Under the pieces are notes generated by a model. That model did not search any database and had not been told where the DNA came from. It saw only the letters and a program-made list of their open reading frames with translations. The position numbers were made by a program, and so were the translations under genes. From positions 1-35,319 of the forward strand of contig JAXSMZ010000017.1 in the NCBI GenBank assembly GCA_037924335.1: a stretch of DNA of 35,319 nucleotides. The letters run 5' to 3'. The stretch comes from Aquificaceae bacterium (GTDB taxonomy: Bacteria; Aquificota; Aquificia; Aquificales; Aquificaceae). This document shows positions 1 through 8,362 of the stretch, one piece after another. Position 1 is the first letter of the stretch. Each line of letters starts with the position of its first letter.

Positions 1-1
1 T

Positions 2-268
2 GTTATAAAGAGGATAAAGGAGCTATGTGAGGTCGCTGGCGTCCAGCATTACATAGTTCCTTCTGCTTATACAAGCAGGACTTGTCCTGAGTGTGGATAT
101 CAGGACAGGATGAACCGCAATGGGGAACATTTCAAGTGCCTACGGTGTGGATATGAGGAAGATGCAGACATTGTAGGTGCGAGGAATGTTCTTATGCGGT
201 TCACAAGGGAGCTTATAGTCTCCTTGCCTGCGAAACCTCATTCTGTGGAATATTTTTCTATGGGATGA
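2..268 (+). CDS. tnpB: TnpB RNA-guided endonuclease (IS200/IS605 or IS607 family), C-terminal part; 5' end lies outside the window
   Basis: Manual translation of frame 2: VIKRIKELCEVAGVQHYIVPSAYTSRTCPECGYQDRMNRNGEHFKCLRCGYEEDADIVGARNVLMRFTRELIVSLPAKPHSVEYFSMG*. It has the YTSxxCPxCG...FxCxxCG zinc finger and the RuvC-III DAD.VGA.N motif. Not in the ORF track because no start codon is in the window. Confidence 0.92.
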   Translation, partial: VIKRIKELCEVAGVQHYIVPSAYTSRTCPECGYQDRMNRNGEHFKCLRCGYEEDADIVGARNVLMRFTRELIVSLPAKPHSVEYFSMG

Positions 269-297
269 GGAACTATAATATGCTTTGTCTAAGATAT
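184..297 (+). ncRNA. Putative TnpB omegaRNA (reRNA) 3' scaffold (to 277) plus about 20-nt guide (278-297)
   Basis: Overlaps the tnpB 3' end. Stem 204-209/221-226; 15-bp stem 236-250/256-270 with four G-U pairs; loop TATAGT (214-219) complementary to terminal ACTATA (272-277). Conserved in the second copy at 14696-14773. The 5' boundary is unknown. Confidence 0.72.
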
Positions 298-570
298 AAT
301 CTTTTCCCGACCCAAAGCCCAAAATAGGAAGACCATACACATACCAAAGGCAGAAGGCTGAGCAAAGCTTCAAGAGAGTGGAAAAGGTTATCTGCGAGGA
401 TAAGTGGCAATAGTGCAAGGGATAAGGTGGTAAGGCTTGTGGATAGCTTTTTCTCTATTTTTAAACGATGGTTTGGTGAGTGGGTTGGGGGCTTGAGGGG
501 TATGTGCTATAATGCGAATAGTAAGTGAGATTGTCATGAAAGTCTAAAATCCTCATTGTTGGACAGAGCA
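281..570 (+). mobile_element. Internally deleted IS5-family (IS903-like) element
   Basis: Inverted ends TGCTTTGTCTAA (281-292) and TTGGACAGAGCA (559-570). Flanks actataata (272-280) and ggtataata (571-579) look like a 9-bp duplication with the left copy altered. Transposase-like fragments FPDPKPKIGRPYTY (~303-344) and RLVDSFFSIFKRWFGEWV (433-486). Confidence 0.75.
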
Positions 571-587
571 GGTATAATATACCATTT

Positions 588-1160
588 ATGATCAACGACA
601 ACGTTTTTATAGCTTTGGTTCATTATCCAGTTCTTGACAGAAACGGTAAAATAATTGTTACTTCCTTCACGACCATGGACCTTCATGATATTGCACGACC
701 GGCAACAGCTTACGAAATAAACACTTACTACATAGCTCAGCCTGTAGACGGACAGAGGGTGGTGATAGAAAAGCAGATAGAGTTCTGGCTTTCAGAGGAA
801 GGTAAGAGAACAAACCCAACAAGAAACCAGATAGTCAAAAAGGTAAAGCTCTACTATACATTGGACGAGGTGATCGAGGATATAACAGAGAGGAGAGGCA
901 AAAGACCTCTAACCGTTGGTACCGATGCAAGGACATACCCTAATACTGTCAGCTACAGCTTTTTGAGGGAAGAGATAGAGAAGAGGGAAAAAGATTTTCT
1001 TATAATCTTTGGAACAGGCTACGGCATCCCACCAGACCTTATGAACACCTTTGACTATATTCTTGAGCCCATATACGGTGCAGGAGAATGGAACCATCTA
1101 TCCGTTAGGAACGCATCAGCCATTATCTTAGATAGATTGTTAAGTAGGAACAGGTGCTAA
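588..1160 (+). CDS. SPOUT-type SAM-dependent RNA methyltransferase (TrmD C-terminal-like family)
   Basis: Motifs ALVHYPV, DLHDIAR, FGTGYG and NHLSVR..AIILDRL are typical of this family. Confidence 0.85.
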   Translation: MINDNVFIALVHYPVLDRNGKIIVTSFTTMDLHDIARPATAYEINTYYIAQPVDGQRVVIEKQIEFWLSEEGKRTNPTRNQIVKKVKLYYTLDEVIEDITERRGKRPLTVGTDARTYPNTVSYSFLREEIEKREKDFLIIFGTGYGIPPDLMNTFDYILEPIYGAGEWNHLSVRNASAIILDRLLSRNRC

Positions 1161-1161
1161 G

Positions 1162-2241
1162 ATGCTATACCACATATCTTTCTGGCTTAAGGATTACATC
1201 TTTGTTTTCAACGTCTTTAAATATATAACCTTCAGGTCTTTGATGGCTATAGTGCTAGCCTTCTTAATAACGCTCATACTGACGCCAATATTTGTAAAGA
1301 AGATGAAAGCCTTACAGAGGTTGTTTAAGGGATATGTGAGAGAGTACACACCACAAGGGCATTTAGTAAAGAAGTATGTGCCAAGTATGGGTGGCTTTGT
1401 GATAGTTATCTCCATACTTCTTTCTTCCTTCTTTTTGATGAGGTTGGACCTTCCATACTTTTGGATGATCCTCTTTTGTATACTTGGCTTTGCCTTTATA
1501 GGTTTTGTTGATGACTATACAAAGCTCAGGAATAAAAAGGGGGTATCAGCAAAGTATAAGTTTTTGGCGCAAGTATTAGTTGCCCTTATAACAGTCGTAT
1601 CCATACAAACCTTCACGGATGTAGGTACAAAACTCTATTTTCCACTTTTCAAAAACCTTCAGGTTGACCTGGGAGTATTTTACATACCCTTTGCAGTGCT
1701 TGTGATAGTTGCAGCATCAAATGCTGTCAACCTCACAGATGGTCTCGATGGGCTGGCCATAGGTCCTGTAATGACGAGCTCTGCTGCTCTAGGTATCATA
1801 TCCTACGTGGTAGGGCATTACACGCTCTCAAAGTATCTAAACATACCCTATGTACCTTATACGGGAGATTTAACTGTCCTCTGCTTTGCCATAGCGGGTG
1901 CTGGTCTTGGCTTTCTGTGGTTTAACTCATACCCTGCACAGCTTTTTATGGGGGATGTAGGGTCTCTTTCTTTGGGCGCAGCCCTTGGCGTTATAGCCTT
2001 AGTGTCCAAGTCGGAGCTACTTCTTCCATTGGCTGGTGGTGTGTTTGTCTTTGAAACTTTGAGTGTAATAATGCAAGTTGTTTACTTTAAGCTAACTGGT
2101 GGTAAAAGGCTCTTTAAGATGGCCCCCTTTCACCATCACCTTGAACTCTCTGGAATTCCAGAACCTAAGATAGTGGTCAGAATGTGGATAGTCTCCCTTC
2201 TCCTTGGTATACTTGCTATATCTATGCTCAAGTTAAGATAA
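1162..2241 (+). CDS. mraY: Phospho-N-acetylmuramoyl-pentapeptide transferase
   Basis: Multi-TM protein with [31 protein letters not shown] and MAPFHHH motifs. Confidence 0.97.
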   Translation: MLYHISFWLKDYIFVFNVFKYITFRSLMAIVLAFLITLILTPIFVKKMKALQRLFKGYVREYTPQGHLVKKYVPSMGGFVIVISILLSSFFLMRLDLPYFWMILFCILGFAFIGFVDDYTKLRNKKGVSAKYKFLAQVLVALITVVSIQTFTDVGTKLYFPLFKNLQVDLGVFYIPFAVLVIVAASNAVNLTDGLDGLAIGPVMTSSAALGIISYVVGHYTLSKYLNIPYVPYTGDLTVLCFAIAGAGLGFLWFNSYPAQLFMGDVGSLSLGAALGVIALVSKSELLLPLAGGVFVFETLSVIMQVVYFKLTGGKRLFKMAPFHHHLELSGIPEPKIVVRMWIVSLLLGILAISMLKLR

Positions 2242-3246
2242 AGGACTATAAACTTCTTCAAACCACCTGTAGAATTCCTCTGAAAAGTACTTTATCCTCC
2301 TCTTTTTGAACTCTCTAACGGAGAAAAGAAGGTCATAATCACGTACGCCAGTCTCCTCACTCACAACCTTAACCACATCCCATATTTCCTCTTCTGTTCT
2401 GCCATGTATCATAGCAAAAAGATTATAACTCCAGCCATCGCCTGTGGTTCTCTCATAGCAGTGTGATACACCCTTAAAGCTTGCCAGATAGTTTCCAACA
2501 CGCTCTACAGCCTCACTACTAACCTTCCAGACGCTCATGGCGTTTGACAGGAAGCCCACTTTTGTATGGTATACTATGGCGCTTATCCTTCTCAAAATCC
2601 CATTTTGCTTTAGCTTCAAAAGCTTTCTAATGAGCTCCTCCTCTTCCATACCCAAACTTCTGGCATACTCAAGAAAGGGTCTTTTTACCAAAGGCATATC
2701 CTCTTGTGTAACCTTAACTATACTCTTCTCCTCATCGGTTAAAGGTTTGTATGTAAGGTCTTTAAGGCTTATCTCCTCTCTCTCCTTTGCAAACTCATAA
2801 TCCAACTTCACGCCTATCTTAAAGACTCTCAAAGCTCTTAGTATAATGTGCTTATAAGCCCTTACACTTTCTGCCATAAACTTCACTATGTCCTCTAAGT
2901 TTACACCGAGGTCTGGCGGTATAGCTATGGTAAACCAAAGGTTGAACTCATGCGTTCTTTCATAGTTATGACTCACACCTGGATAGGTGTTTACAAAAGA
3001 GGAAACCTCCTCTGTTCTTTCAGGCTCAACTTTAAAGGCAACCAAGGCAGAATCATAGCCTAACATTCTAGTGTCGTATATTGGAGAGACCTGCCTTATG
3101 ATTTTATTCTTCTTTAGATCTTTTATAGCCTTCAGAACCTCATCCTCTTCTAAACCCAACGCTTGTCCAATTTCCCAAAATGGCCTTTTTACAATAGGAA
3201 TATCTCCCTGTATGGTCCTTAATATCTTGTCAAAATTATCCGTCAT
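2233..3246 (-). CDS. nirDL: Siroheme decarboxylase, fused two-subunit NirDL/AhbAB type (Lrp/AsnC fold)
   Basis: Two tandem homologous halves ([12 protein letters not shown]...[20 protein letters not shown]...GVSHCYER...YNLFAMIHG). Confidence 0.85.
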   Translation of the reverse strand: MTDNFDKILRTIQGDIPIVKRPFWEIGQALGLEEDEVLKAIKDLKKNKIIRQVSPIYDTRMLGYDSALVAFKVEPERTEEVSSFVNTYPGVSHNYERTHEFNLWFTIAIPPDLGVNLEDIVKFMAESVRAYKHIILRALRVFKIGVKLDYEFAKEREEISLKDLTYKPLTDEEKSIVKVTQEDMPLVKRPFLEYARSLGMEEEELIRKLLKLKQNGILRRISAIVYHTKVGFLSNAMSVWKVSSEAVERVGNYLASFKGVSHCYERTTGDGWSYNLFAMIHGRTEEEIWDVVKVVSEETGVRDYDLLFSVREFKKRRIKYFSEEFYRWFEEVYSPLS

Positions 3247-3262
3247 GTTATAATTATAACAT
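3245..3262. promoter_or_regulatory. Perfect 18-bp palindrome carrying TATAAT on both strands between divergent nirDL and rrf2
   Basis: ATGTTATAATTATAACAT is its own reverse complement. TATAAT at 3249-3254 (+) and 3258-3253 (-). Confidence 0.65.
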
Positions 3263-3263
3263 T

Positions 3264-3695
3264 ATGATATACTCAGAAACGGTCAAATATGCTTTGTTAG
3301 CGTTGGCTTACCTGGCACTAAACAGAGATAGGCTGGTTAAGGTTGAGGAGATAGCCGATGCGCAGAGGATACCAAAACCTTTCCTTTCTAAGATCTTCCA
3401 CAAGCTTGCAAGGGAAAGAGTCTTGAGGTCCTACAAGGGTCCCACCGGTGGCTTTACCCTCTCAATACCCCCGGAGAAGATAACCATAATGGATGTCATC
3501 AGATACCTTGATGAAGACTACAAACTGGACTACTGTGCCCTTAGACCAGGAAGATGCGAGGAATGGAACACTTTACCGTGTAGGGTTCACGAAAAGTGGA
3601 CAAGGCTCAGAGAGGCTATTATGGATTACCTGAACACTACCACCATAGCCGACCTTGTAGAGGTTGAGGAAAAGCACAGAGCAGCTACTTCATGA
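3264..3695 (+). CDS. Rrf2-family transcriptional regulator, probably Fe-S binding
   Basis: wHTH (IADAQRIPKPFLSKIFHKL...SYKGPTGGF) and a three-Cys segment CALRPGRC...PCRVH. Confidence 0.9.
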   Translation: MIYSETVKYALLALAYLALNRDRLVKVEEIADAQRIPKPFLSKIFHKLARERVLRSYKGPTGGFTLSIPPEKITIMDVIRYLDEDYKLDYCALRPGRCEEWNTLPCRVHEKWTRLREAIMDYLNTTTIADLVEVEEKHRAATS

Positions 3696-5793
3696 TGTAT
3701 TCCCATCGGTCTTTGAACTCCTCCTGCTTTCCTCTGTTCCATCTTTGAACTGGCCTGTAGTATCCCACAACCCTTGAGTAGGTCTCCGTCTCTTTGTTAC
3801 AGAAAGGACAGACAAAATGCTCTCCTTTTAAGTAGCCATGGTCCTCGCATACGGAGAAAGTAGGCGTTATGGTTATATATGGCACAGGGTAGTTCTCAAA
3901 AACCAACTTCAAAAACCTTGCCACAGACACATCATCAGGGGACTCTTGTAGGAAGAAATGAATTACTGTCCCTCCGGTGTAAAGGGTTTGTAGATCCTTT
4001 TGATGCTCCAAGACTTCAATAGGGTCATCTGTGTAGTTTACTGGAAGGTGGGTGGAGTTTGTGTAGTAAGGCTCTTTCTCTCCTGCCGTGATTATATCAG
4101 GAAACTTACTCTTGTCTATCTTGGCAAGTCTGTAGGAAGTTCCCTCTGCTGGCGTTGCCTCAAGGTTGTAAAGATGTTCCGTTTTTTCCTGAAACTCAGA
4201 CAGCTTACCTCTCATAAATCTAAGAACCTTTACAGCAAAAGCCTTCCCTTCCTTTTCAGCTATAGAAACTCCAAGAAGGTTAAGGCATGCTTCGTTCATA
4301 CCAATGAGCCCTATGGTTGAGAAGAAGGTATCGAAGGAGTTAAGGTACTCTTTCGAGTAAGGCATTAGCCCCTTCTTTAAGTTCCTTTCTATAACCTTTC
4401 TTTTTATCTCAAGGCTGTCCTTTGCTATGTCCATAAGACCTTCAAGCTTTTCAAAAAACTCTCCCTCACTTTTTGAAAGGTACGCTATCCTTGGCATATT
4501 TATGGTGACAACGCCTATGGAACCAGTCTTATCGGCGCTTCCAAAAAGACCACCCATCCTGCTCCTTAACTGCCTTAGATCCAACTGGAGCCTACAGCAC
4601 ATGCTTCTTATGTCTTCTGGCCTCAAAGGGCTGGATACAAAGTTCTGGAAGTAAGGAATTCCGTACTTGGAGGTCATTTTCCAAAGAAGCTTTGCGTTAT
4701 CCGAAAGAAAGTCAAAGTCTTTTGTTATGTTGTATGTAGGTATTGGGAAGGAGAATATACGTCCATCATGGTCTCCTTCCATCATTATTTCCATGAAGGC
4801 CCTGTTTATCATGTCCATTTCCTTTTGAAAGTCTCCATAGCATCCTATGTCCTTCCTTTCGGTTCCTCCAACAACCACAGGTCTTTCCTTCATATCCTCT
4901 GGTACTGTCCAATCAAAGGTGAAGTTTATAAAGGGTGCCTGAGAACCCCACCTTGAAGGTACGTTTAGAGAAAAAACTAACTGCTGAATGAGCTGTTTTA
5001 ACTCATCGTATGAGAGTTTATCTACTCTTACAAAGGGAGCTAAATATGTATCAACGGAGTTAAGAGCCTGAGCTCCTGCAAATTCCATCTGGGCAACACC
5101 TAAAAAGTTGACCATTTGACCAAGGAGGGAGGAAAGATGCTTTGCAGGTCCAGCCGTAACCTTTCCCTTTCCTCCTCTAAAGCCCTTTCTCAAAAGGTCC
5201 TCCATGGACCAACCTGCACAGTAGCCAACTATACCATGGGAGAGGTCATGTATATGGATATCTCCATCCCTGTGAGCCTTTGCTATGTACTCTGGATATA
5301 CATGGGTAAGCGTGTAATGGGCTATAACGGTCCCAGCAGTATGAAGCATCAATCCAGAAAAGGAATAGCTAGCGTTTGCATTCTCCTGAACCCTCCAGTC
5401 TTGCTGATAAATATAGTCTTGAACTACCTTCTCGGCGTCAACTATAGCCTTTGATATATCCCTTAGTTCCTCCCTCTTCTTCCTGTAAAGTATGTATGCC
5501 TTAGATACCTTAGCAAAGCCATGAAGTATAAGCGTCTCCTCGACTATATCCTGCACTTCTTCCACATGAACCTTTTCTTTCCCTAGCTTTGAAACCTCTC
5601 CCACGACGTTGTCGCATAGGTCTTGCAAGATGTGGTCATCTATGACTTCTCCAACAGCTCTAAAAGCCTTGTATATGGCTCTCTCAATTCTCCTTCTATC
5701 AAACTCCTGAATAGACCCATCCCTTTTTATAACTTGGGGAAGATATCCAGCAATACGCCTGCTAAGCTCCAAAGCACTCCCTATCTTTAGCAT
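3685..5793 (-). CDS. nrdD: Anaerobic (class III) ribonucleoside-triphosphate reductase with N-terminal ATP cone
   Basis: ATP cone VIKRDG...VEEVQDIVE; YCAGW; SMCCRL finger loop; CEDH...CPFC metal site; glycyl-radical loop YSRVVGYYRP; AAGGAGG RBS upstream. Confidence 0.95.
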   Translation of the reverse strand: MLKIGSALELSRRIAGYLPQVIKRDGSIQEFDRRRIERAIYKAFRAVGEVIDDHILQDLCDNVVGEVSKLGKEKVHVEEVQDIVEETLILHGFAKVSKAYILYRKKREELRDISKAIVDAEKVVQDYIYQQDWRVQENANASYSFSGLMLHTAGTVIAHYTLTHVYPEYIAKAHRDGDIHIHDLSHGIVGYCAGWSMEDLLRKGFRGGKGKVTAGPAKHLSSLLGQMVNFLGVAQMEFAGAQALNSVDTYLAPFVRVDKLSYDELKQLIQQLVFSLNVPSRWGSQAPFINFTFDWTVPEDMKERPVVVGGTERKDIGCYGDFQKEMDMINRAFMEIMMEGDHDGRIFSFPIPTYNITKDFDFLSDNAKLLWKMTSKYGIPYFQNFVSSPLRPEDIRSMCCRLQLDLRQLRSRMGGLFGSADKTGSIGVVTINMPRIAYLSKSEGEFFEKLEGLMDIAKDSLEIKRKVIERNLKKGLMPYSKEYLNSFDTFFSTIGLIGMNEACLNLLGVSIAEKEGKAFAVKVLRFMRGKLSEFQEKTEHLYNLEATPAEGTSYRLAKIDKSKFPDIITAGEKEPYYTNSTHLPVNYTDDPIEVLEHQKDLQTLYTGGTVIHFFLQESPDDVSVARFLKLVFENYPVPYITITPTFSVCEDHGYLKGEHFVCPFCNKETETYSRVVGYYRPVQRWNRGKQEEFKDRWEYIMK

Positions 5794-5938
5794 GTTTTCC
5801 TCCTTCTTAATTTGATGATTTAAATATCATATAAACTCTTATATACATTTCAAGCTCCCAAAGGTGCATCAAAAAAGGTTCAACCAAGAAGCTCCTAAAT
5901 TGCGAAAATAAAAGACTTTTTAGCTTAAAATTATCCTT

Positions 5939-6754
5939 ATGCTGAAGGTTCTTTCTCCAGCAAAGGTTAATCTGGGTCTTTGGATTTTAGGAAAGAGGTC
6001 AGACGGCTATCACGATATCTTCACCGTATACCATGCTGTATCCCTTTTTGATGAGGTGACTATAAAGGAGGGGCCATTGAGCGTTCAAACAAGCACCAAC
6101 ATACCACAAGAGGAGAACTTAGTCTACAAGGCACTAAAGATCATGGAAAAGCTTCTTGGAAAAGATTTAGAGTTTAGCGTATACATCAATAAGGGCATAC
6201 CTCAGGGTGCTGGGTTGGGTGGTGGTTCTTCCAACTGTGCAACGGTGCTAAAGGCTGTAAACAAGGTTCTGGGGGAACCATTAACTCTTGATGAGCTAAA
6301 GGATATAGCAAGGATGGTATCTTCAGACGCTCCTTTTTTCTTCCACTGCGGTACTGCTGTAGGAAGGGGGAAGGGTGACCAGATAGAACAGATAGAGAAC
6401 CTGTCTCTCAAGCTCACCATAATCTATCCCAACATCAGCGTACCCACATCAAAGGTATACAGCATGGTAGATGAGACCTCTTTGACATACAATCTGGAAA
6501 GTGATAAAATAATAAGCAGTATAGTAGAAGGGAACTTTGAAGTTTTGGAAAATAGGTTGGGTGATATAGCTATGTCTGCATTTCCTCAGATGGGTGAAGT
6601 TTACAGGTTTTTAAAGAGCTTAGGGTACAGTCCTCTGGTGAGCGGTAGTGGGTCGTGCATATTTTATATAGGTGAGGCTTCTAAGGAAGTTATAGAAGGT
6701 TCAAGGTTGCGTGGATGGAGAATCTATTTGGTGGAAAGCTACCATGGGGTGTAG
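5939..6754 (+). CDS. ispE: 4-diphosphocytidyl-2-C-methyl-D-erythritol kinase
   Basis: PAKVNLGL, DGYHDI, IPQGAGLGGGSSN and SGSGS motifs; ispE-tRNA(Gln)-prs synteny. Confidence 0.95.
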   Translation: MLKVLSPAKVNLGLWILGKRSDGYHDIFTVYHAVSLFDEVTIKEGPLSVQTSTNIPQEENLVYKALKIMEKLLGKDLEFSVYINKGIPQGAGLGGGSSNCATVLKAVNKVLGEPLTLDELKDIARMVSSDAPFFFHCGTAVGRGKGDQIEQIENLSLKLTIIYPNISVPTSKVYSMVDETSLTYNLESDKIISSIVEGNFEVLENRLGDIAMSAFPQMGEVYRFLKSLGYSPLVSGSGSCIFYIGEASKEVIEGSRLRGWRIYLVESYHGV

Positions 6755-6817
6755 CTCAACTGGCAGAGCACCGGACTTTGGATCCGGGGGTTCCTGGTTC
6801 GAGTCCAGGCACCCCAG
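6745..6817 (+). tRNA. tRNA-Gln (anticodon TTG), CCA not encoded
   Basis: Cloverleaf: acceptor TGGGGTG/CACCCCA, D arm GCTC/GAGC, anticodon arm CCGGA-CTTTGGA-TCCGG, T arm CCTGG-TTCGAGT-CCAGG, discriminator G. Confidence 0.96.
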
Positions 6818-6836
6818 CTTTAAATGAGGTAAAAAG

Positions 6837-7772
6837 ATGGTTGGCAGTATAAAGCTTTTAATGGGAAACAGCAACCCAGCTCTGGCTAAGGAAGTGGCTG
6901 AGCATCTCGGTATACCCATATCTGATATGGTAGTTTCCCGTTTCAGCGATGGGGAGATCAGAGTGCAGATAAACGAATCTATGAGAGGGGAGGACGTGTA
7001 CATAATACAATCTCTCTGCCCACCCGCTAATGAAAACATAATGGAGCTTCTGCTCATACTTGATGCTTTAAAAAGAGCCTCAGCAGGAAGGATAACTGCA
7101 GTTATTCCTTATTACGCTTATGCAAGACAAGACAGGAAGGACAAGCCAAGAGTTCCAATAAGTGCAAGGCTTCTCGCAGACCTTATAACAGTGGCGGGGA
7201 CGCAGAGGGTTGTTGTTATTGACCTTCATTCTCCACAGATACAGGGGTTTTTCAACATACCAGTTGATAACCTTTACGCTCTCAATGTACTCTATGAGTA
7301 CCTTAAGGGCAAGGTCGGTGAGGAAACCGTAGTCGTCTCACCGGATGCTGGCGGTGTGGAAAGAGCGAGACTCTTAGCTAATAAACTGGGATGCGGCATA
7401 GCTATAATATACAAGAGGAGACCAGAGCCCAACGTAGCAGAAACACTAGATATAGTTGGTATGGTAGAAGGGAAAAGGGCTATAATAGTTGATGATATGA
7501 TAGATACGGCTGGTACTATAGTGGCAGCAACAAACCTGCTAGTATCAAAGGGTTCTGCGAGTGTATCTGTAGTGGCAACGCACGCTTTGCTTTCTGGTCC
7601 TGCCGTTGATAGGATAAACGCTTTGCCTTTGGAGGAGGTTGTAGTGACAAACACTATACCAACTGAGGGGAAACAGGTAAGCAAGCTAAAGGTTGTCTCC
7701 GTTGCCCCCTTGATAGCTGAATCTATAAAGAGGATACATGAAGGAGAGTCTGTAAGCTCACTTTTTGTATAG
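6837..7772 (+). CDS. prs: Ribose-phosphate pyrophosphokinase
   Basis: FSDGE, PYYAYARQDRK, VSPDAGG and IVDDMIDTAGT motifs. Confidence 0.97.
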   Translation: MVGSIKLLMGNSNPALAKEVAEHLGIPISDMVVSRFSDGEIRVQINESMRGEDVYIIQSLCPPANENIMELLLILDALKRASAGRITAVIPYYAYARQDRKDKPRVPISARLLADLITVAGTQRVVVIDLHSPQIQGFFNIPVDNLYALNVLYEYLKGKVGEETVVVSPDAGGVERARLLANKLGCGIAIIYKRRPEPNVAETLDIVGMVEGKRAIIVDDMIDTAGTIVAATNLLVSKGSASVSVVATHALLSGPAVDRINALPLEEVVVTNTIPTEGKQVSKLKVVSVAPLIAESIKRIHEGESVSSLFV

Positions 7773-7783
7773 AGGAGGTTTCT

Positions 7784-8362
7784 ATGAAGAAGGTATCCAT
7801 CAAGCTAATCCCCAGAAAGATCGGGAAGAAGAGCGAGGTAAAAGCTAAGAGGAAGGAAGGTTATGTACCCGTTGAAGTGTACGGCAAAGATGTGGAAAAC
7901 TTACACGCATACATGAGCGTTAAAGATATCTTGAGCCTGCCCCATGGAGAGGTATTCTTCATCGAAGCGGAGATAGATGGGAAGAAAAAACTTTGTCTTC
8001 TGAGGGATGTACAGATGGGTTGGCTGGGAGACAATCCCATGCACGTTGACCTTTACGATGTATCACATACAAAGGAGATAGAAGTAGAGGTACCTGTAGA
8101 GTTCGTCGGTACTCCAGCTGGCGTTGGGCTCGGTGGTACTTTCGAAATAATGATGCATACGCTTACCATTAAGGCAAGTACCGAAAGCATACCCGATAAG
8201 ATAACCGTTGATGTAAGCGGAATGGGACTTGGTGACGTCCTGCATGTGAGAGACATAAAGCCCCCAGAAGGCTGCACTATGATGGATTCTCCAGAGGAAG
8301 TTGTTGCCGTAGTGCTTGAACCAGAAGTTGAAGAGACTCCAGCGGAAGAAACGACTGCTTAA
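7784..8362 (+). CDS. rplY: 50S ribosomal protein L25 / Ctc
   Basis: VPVEVYG, HVDL, VEVPVEFVG.PAGV..GG, acidic tail; located between prs and pth. Confidence 0.93.
   Translation: MKKVSIKLIPRKIGKKSEVKAKRKEGYVPVEVYGKDVENLHAYMSVKDILSLPHGEVFFIEAEIDGKKKLCLLRDVQMGWLGDNPMHVDLYDVSHTKEIEVEVPVEFVGTPAGVGLGGTFEIMMHTLTIKASTESIPDKITVDVSGMGLGDVLHVRDIKPPEGCTMMDSPEEVVAVVLEPEVEETPAEETTA

Noticed and set aside
140..418. 92-aa minus-strand ORF
   Set aside because: Antisense to tnpB, its RNA scaffold and the IS relic; crosses an element junction; no recognisable motif.
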